Shown here piece after piece: positions 59,056 to 64,000 of a DNA stretch of 64,000 nt. The position numbers were made by a program, and so were the translations under genes. Source of the DNA: Candidatus Moraniibacteriota bacterium (GTDB lineage Bacteria > Patescibacteriota > Minisyncoccia > Moranbacterales > UBA1568); contig JBPOIA010000003.1 of the NCBI GenBank assembly GCA_052034975.1, forward strand, positions 49,251-113,250, read 5' to 3'. Below the pieces are notes generated by a model that worked only from the letters and a program-made list of their open reading frames with translations, ran no database searches and was not told where the DNA came from. Position 1 is the first letter of the stretch, and the number at the start of each line of letters is the position of its first letter.

Positions 59056-59127
59056 GGCCCTATCGTCTATCGGCTAGGACATCAGGTTCTCATCCTGGAA
59101 AGCGGGGTTCGATTCCCCGTAGGGCTA
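59056..59127 (+). tRNA. tRNA-Glu(CTC)
   Basis: ggcccta/tagggct; anticodon CTC; GTTCGATTC. Confidence 0.95.
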
Positions 59128-59132
59128 CAGGT

Positions 59133-59177
59133 ATCAATAAAAATCACCTTTCTTTTTGGAGGGTGATTTTTATTGAT
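59133..59177 (+). terminator. Hairpin after tRNA-Glu
   Basis: atcaataaaaatcacc/ggtgatttttattgat inverted repeat. Confidence 0.6.
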
Positions 59178-59337
59178 ATTTCTATCTCAGGGGAATCCTT
59201 CTCTCTAGCAAGGCTACATTTTGAAAATCCTCGTAGAAGCAGGGATTTTTTGACAAACCTATTTTGATATCTTATCCTGCAAGACCGGTTTTGACCGGTC
59301 TTCTGTCCATTAACAACCGAAGAAAGAGAGGTGGAAA

Positions 59338-60258
59338 ATGGCGACGTTCAATGAGAAGCTGCAAGCGAAGTGGAATGAGGGGAAATTCGTCTGTGTCGGG
59401 CTCGACAGCGAGCTCGGCAAGATTCCTAAATGTGTCAGAGTGCTGGATTCGAGGCACTTGGAACGTGACATAACCTTGTTCAATCAGGTTGTTGTAGATG
59501 CGACGCATGATCTTGCTTGTGCGTATAAGCCGAACCTTGCGTTCTATATCGCACATGGAGATCGTGGCCTTTGGGCTCTGCGTGATACGACGCAGCACAT
59601 CCATACCATTGCCCCTGATGTTCCCGTGATTCTCGATGCCAAGAGTATGGACATCGGCAATACCAATGCCGGTTACGTGCAGATGGCGTTTGAGTATTGT
59701 GGTGCCGATGCAATTACAGTGAATCCCTATCTCGGTATGGAAGCGGCTCAGCCATTTCTCGACCAGAAGGACAAGGGCATCATCGTGCTCTGTCGTACGT
59801 CGAATAAGGGCGCAGGGGAATTCCAGGATTGCAAAGTCCAACTTCCAACCCTGTATCCTGGCGGTAAGCATGAAGAATTCTTGCAGTTTGAGAAGAGGAT
59901 TGGCTATCAGTTGTCCGAAACCTGCGTTCCGCTCTATCAGTATGTCGCTTTCCACGTGGCCGAGCATTGGAACACGAATGGCAACTGTGCGCTCGTCGTC
60001 GGGGCGACGTGTCCGGAAGAGCTTACGCGGGTCCGTCGGATTGTCGGTGATATGCCGATTCTCATCCCAGGTATCGGTGCGCAGGGTGGCGACGTGGAGG
60101 CGACTGTGAAAGCGGGGATAGATAGCCGCGGGCAGGGGATGATCATCAATTCCTCGCGTGGCATCATCTTCGCCTCAGACGGCCCGGATTTTGCCGAAGC
60201 CGCTCGTCGCGAGACGGAAAAGCTTCATAATCTCATCAACCAGTACCGCAACTCATAA
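59338..60258 (+). CDS. pyrF: Orotidine-5'-phosphate decarboxylase (type 2)
   Basis: CVGLD, YKPN, DAKSMDIGNT, PGIGAQGG, NSSRGI. Confidence 0.95.
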   Translation: MATFNEKLQAKWNEGKFVCVGLDSELGKIPKCVRVLDSRHLERDITLFNQVVVDATHDLACAYKPNLAFYIAHGDRGLWALRDTTQHIHTIAPDVPVILDAKSMDIGNTNAGYVQMAFEYCGADAITVNPYLGMEAAQPFLDQKDKGIIVLCRTSNKGAGEFQDCKVQLPTLYPGGKHEEFLQFEKRIGYQLSETCVPLYQYVAFHVAEHWNTNGNCALVVGATCPEELTRVRRIVGDMPILIPGIGAQGGDVEATVKAGIDSRGQGMIINSSRGIIFASDGPDFAEAARRETEKLHNLINQYRNS

Positions 60259-60887
<629 letters not shown>

Positions 60888-60901
60888 TCTATATGTTCCA
60901 A

Positions 60902-60942
60902 AGGGCGCCGAGCGCAACCGCGCCACGGGCCCTTTTTCTTTT
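60902..60942 (+). terminator. Intrinsic terminator after pyrE
   Basis: GC-rich imperfect stem (agggc..gccct) followed by a T-run. Confidence 0.55.
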
Positions 60943-61122
60943 GTGCCCGGTAGGAGAACTTCGACTTATGAATAAAAAGTCTCTGTCATAAAGCGGAGGT
61001 TCTGAGGAAATAAACAAGTTTAACTGAGGATTTCAAAGCTTTGAAAAGAACTGTCGAAGTTTCACTACCGGGTGTGCTAAAATAAAAAGGTTCATTGCCG
61101 ATCGTTTATTGATGACTGTTTT

Positions 61123-61836
61123 ATGCCTACTTTGATTTTCGATATCGAGACCGTCGGGGAGGATTTCGATTCTCTCGACGAGACGAGTCAGGATGTGCTC
61201 ACGCGTTGGATCAAGAAGGAATCCGAAAGCGGGGAGAGCTATACGGCGGCCTTGGCTGATCTTAAGAACGGGATGGGCTTTTCGCCTTTGACCGGTCAGA
61301 TCGTGGCGATCGGGATGTACGATGGCGAACGCGCGAAGGGAGCGGTGTATTTTCAGTCCTCGCCCAAGAAAGAAGAGAAAAGTTTTGAGGAAGACGTCTA
61401 CAAGTTCGAAGTGATGACGGAAGAGGAAATGCTCCGGAAATTCTGGGACGTGGTGGAAAAGTATGATACGTTCGTCACCTTCAACGGCCGTCAGTTCGAC
61501 GTACCGTTTCTGATGGTGCGTTCGGCGATTCACGGTATCCGTCCGACAAAAAACCTTCTCGCCAATCGTTATCTCAACCACCACCCGCAGAACGCGCGGC
61601 ATATCGATCTGTACGATCAGCTCACGTTTTACGGGGCGATGCGAAAGAAGGGAAGTCTCCACCTTTGGTGCCGGGCGTTCGGCATTGAGAGTCCGAAAGC
61701 ACAGGGTGTCGATGGCGACGATGTGAAGATGCTTTTTGACAAGGGTCGAAGTGCCGATATTGCGCGTTACAACTCCCGCGACCTCAAAGCGACGTACGAG
61801 CTGTATCGGAAATATGAGGAGTATCTTCAATTCTGA
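61123..61836 (+). CDS. Stand-alone PolB-like DEDDy 3'-5' exonuclease
   Basis: FDIET, FNGRQFDVPFL, HIDL, YNSRD. Confidence 0.85.
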   Translation: MPTLIFDIETVGEDFDSLDETSQDVLTRWIKKESESGESYTAALADLKNGMGFSPLTGQIVAIGMYDGERAKGAVYFQSSPKKEEKSFEEDVYKFEVMTEEEMLRKFWDVVEKYDTFVTFNGRQFDVPFLMVRSAIHGIRPTKNLLANRYLNHHPQNARHIDLYDQLTFYGAMRKKGSLHLWCRAFGIESPKAQGVDGDDVKMLFDKGRSADIARYNSRDLKATYELYRKYEEYLQF

Positions 61837-61902
61837 TTTTTTGGCTTGTTTTTGGCGTTATTCCCTGTTATACTCCTACCTGTAATTTTCTCGGATTACG
61901 GA

Positions 61903-62988
61903 ATGACATCCCTCTCCGTCGAAGAAGAACTGAAAGCGTTCAAAGCGCGCTTGGATCCCAAGATCAGCGCGTATTTTGATACGGTACTCAAGCATTCCGA
62001 AAAAGAAGATGATCTGGTAGCGGAGGCGCTTCGGCATACGCGCGAGATCGTACTTTCCGGCGGCAAGCGCCTACGGGCGGCGCTTATGTACTACGGCTAT
62101 ATCGGTGCCGGCGGGACGGAAGAAGAAAAAATTCTCGAAACATCGGTGGCGGTCGAGCTCATTCACGCGTTTCTTTTGGTACACGACGATATCATTGATC
62201 GCGACGAGCTGCGCCACGGCGTACCGACACTTCATCGTCGGTACGCGGATTTCGGCAAACGCTTTTTTCCGAATACGGATACAGAACATTTCGGCGCATC
62301 CATCGCTCTTATTATGGGCGATATGCTCTGCGCTTTCGGAAACGATATTATTTTCCGTTCCGGCTTTCCGCACGAGCGGGTCTTTGAAGCGCTTTCCAAA
62401 CTGCAACACATCGTTTCTTTTACCGTAATCGGTCAGGCACGGGACGTGTATATGGAGTACAAACGTGAAGCGACCGAAGAAGAAATTATCCGGATGTATA
62501 CCAATAAGACAGCCAAATACACTATCGAGGGGCCGCTTCATTTGGGTGCGGTACTTGCCGGCGCGCCGCAGGAACTCCTTGACGCGATTTCACGTTATGC
62601 GGTACCGTTAGGCATCGCGTTTCAGATACAGGATGATATTTTAGGAGTATTTGGTACGGAGAAGCGTCTCGGCAAACCGGTTGGATCGGATATCAAGGAA
62701 GGCAAGATAACGCTTTTGGTGTCGCGCGTTCTTCGTGATGGGACACCAAAGCAACGGAAGCGGATACAGGAGTTGCTTGCGATGGGCGAAGAACTTTCCG
62801 AAGCTGATACGGAGGAATTCCGCTCCGTCATACGGGCATCCGGTGCGCTCGATGGTGCAAAGCAGCTAGCGGCGGAATATGTGGAAAAAGGACGTCTTGC
62901 GCTCGAAGACACGAAGGAAATGTTCGAGCCTTGTGCGTACAATTTTCTCCATTCCATAGCGGAATATATGATCGCACGCGAATACTGA
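61903..62988 (+). CDS. trans-Polyprenyl (GGPP/FPP) diphosphate synthase
   Basis: GGKRLR, VHDDIIDRD, KTA, FQIQDD, DIKEGK. Confidence 0.93.
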   Translation: MTSLSVEEELKAFKARLDPKISAYFDTVLKHSEKEDDLVAEALRHTREIVLSGGKRLRAALMYYGYIGAGGTEEEKILETSVAVELIHAFLLVHDDIIDRDELRHGVPTLHRRYADFGKRFFPNTDTEHFGASIALIMGDMLCAFGNDIIFRSGFPHERVFEALSKLQHIVSFTVIGQARDVYMEYKREATEEEIIRMYTNKTAKYTIEGPLHLGAVLAGAPQELLDAISRYAVPLGIAFQIQDDILGVFGTEKRLGKPVGSDIKEGKITLLVSRVLRDGTPKQRKRIQELLAMGEELSEADTEEFRSVIRASGALDGAKQLAAEYVEKGRLALEDTKEMFEPCAYNFLHSIAEYMIAREY

Positions 62989-63002
62989 TTTTTTAAAGAA
63001 AT

Positions 63003-63725
63003 ATGGACGAGAAAAGCATCAATCAGGAACATTTACCCCGGCACGTCGTAATCATTCCGGACGGGAACCGTCGTTTTGCGACGGAACGCGGATGGGAATC
63101 CTGGAAAGGGCACGAAGCCGGCGCCGAGAATACCGAGAAACTCATCCGTGAAGCGCGCCGCGCCGGTATCCGCGAGCTTTCACTGTGGGGATCGTCGCTT
63201 GAGAATCTCAAAAAGCGTCCAATCGAAGAAAGCCGGGCGCTCCTCGATATCTATGGGCGTTATTTCAAGCGCCTGCTTGAAAGCGAAGATATCCATAAGG
63301 ATCGGGTGAAAATCCGCTGTATCGGGCATTGGGAAGAGCAGTTTCCATCTGAACTGAAGAAAATCCTCTCCGATTGTATTGAGGCGACAAAGGAATACGA
63401 CGGATATTTCTTGAATTTTTTCCTCGCATACAGCGGTGATGACGAGATGCGTCTTGCAATAGGAAAGATAGCCGCTTCTCTCGGACAAGGTGAGCCAGTA
63501 ACCGATGTTCTGATCAAGCGAAACCTGATGACTCGGGATTTACCGCCGGTCGACCTTCTTATCCGGACCGGCGGCGAACCGCACCTCTCGGCTGGATTTA
63601 TGATGTGGGACATCGCCAATGCACAACTCTTCTTTTCAGAGAAGCTTTTTCCGGACTTTGATGAGACCGATTTCCGCTCGGCCATAGCCGAATATTCCTC
63701 TCGGGAACGACGGTACGGAAAGTAG
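63003..63725 (+). CDS. uppS: cis-Prenyltransferase (undecaprenyl-PP synthase)
   Basis: IPDGNRR, ENLKKR, DLLIRTGGE, RRYG. Confidence 0.93.
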   Translation: MDEKSINQEHLPRHVVIIPDGNRRFATERGWESWKGHEAGAENTEKLIREARRAGIRELSLWGSSLENLKKRPIEESRALLDIYGRYFKRLLESEDIHKDRVKIRCIGHWEEQFPSELKKILSDCIEATKEYDGYFLNFFLAYSGDDEMRLAIGKIAASLGQGEPVTDVLIKRNLMTRDLPPVDLLIRTGGEPHLSAGFMMWDIANAQLFFSEKLFPDFDETDFRSAIAEYSSRERRYGK

Positions 63726-63748
63726 TTCTTTTTCGGTTTATTCGGGAT

Positions 63749-63777
63749 TTGACAAAAAACGCGTCCTCCTCTACAAT
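63749..63777 (+). promoter_or_regulatory. Sigma70 promoter for infA
   Basis: TTGACA-17-TACAAT. Confidence 0.75.
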
Positions 63778-63938
63778 ACGGAGTACCTTTTGAAAAATTG
63801 CAGAGGACGCAAAGAAGAGAGGGTAATCAACAGCTGTATTTCAGGAACGAGGATTGATTGCTTACGACGGAAACTTCTCTGTTTTTTCGTTGTTTCGGCA
63901 TTATTTCTCCTGATCACTGTCGAGTACCGGTGCACCAT

Positions 63939-64000
63939 ATGGCCAATAACAAGGAAATGATACGGGTTGAAGGCGAAGTCATCGAGGCTTTGCCAAGCAC
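63939..64000 (+). CDS. infA: Translation initiation factor IF-1 (3' end lies outside the window)
   Basis: MANNKEMIRVEGEVIEALPS matches the IF-1 N-terminus. Confidence 0.88.
   Translation, partial: MANNKEMIRVEGEVIEALPS

Overview
Core chromosomal segment of a reduced-genome bacterium, most likely Patescibacteria/CPR (Parcubacteria-like). This taxonomy is inferred from the missing uL30 in the spc block, short EF-Ts, r-protein tails, near absence of Shine-Dalgarno sites and typical CPR hypothetical families. Genetic code is standard (TGA is used as stop). Order of content: 3' part of tuf and the S10-spc block to secY-adk-map (1-13.3 kb); YqgF, GT2, galT, tpi-fba-gap; a D-aminoacylase homologue with degenerate metal site; a small foreign-looking islet (AT-rich membrane protein plus secreted M23 peptidase); murD; a CsoR/CstR-gdhA-trxB unit with a palindromic operator; murA-mreB; GT4 and GT-C glycosyltransferases; holB; ftsQ; a five-gene unit ending in a stand-alone VirD4/TraG-like ATPase; a PP2C-like/beta-propeller membrane protein; rmuC; wecA-like; prmC-prfA-rpmE; rpsB-tsf; five tRNAs and rpmG; pyrF plus a broken pyrE; an exonuclease; two prenyltransferases; and the start of infA. 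Best leads: the VirD4-like ATPase operon with a LysM/hydrophobic-hairpin protein, a structured ~198-nt repeat built from the tRNA-Tyr 3' end, an unannotated 26-aa Lys-rich micropeptide with a strong SD, a promoter-driven multi-hairpin RNA between trxB and murA, and 7-nt-periodic hairpin repeats that also appear inside a coding sequence. All calls come from reading motifs by eye; no database searches were run.
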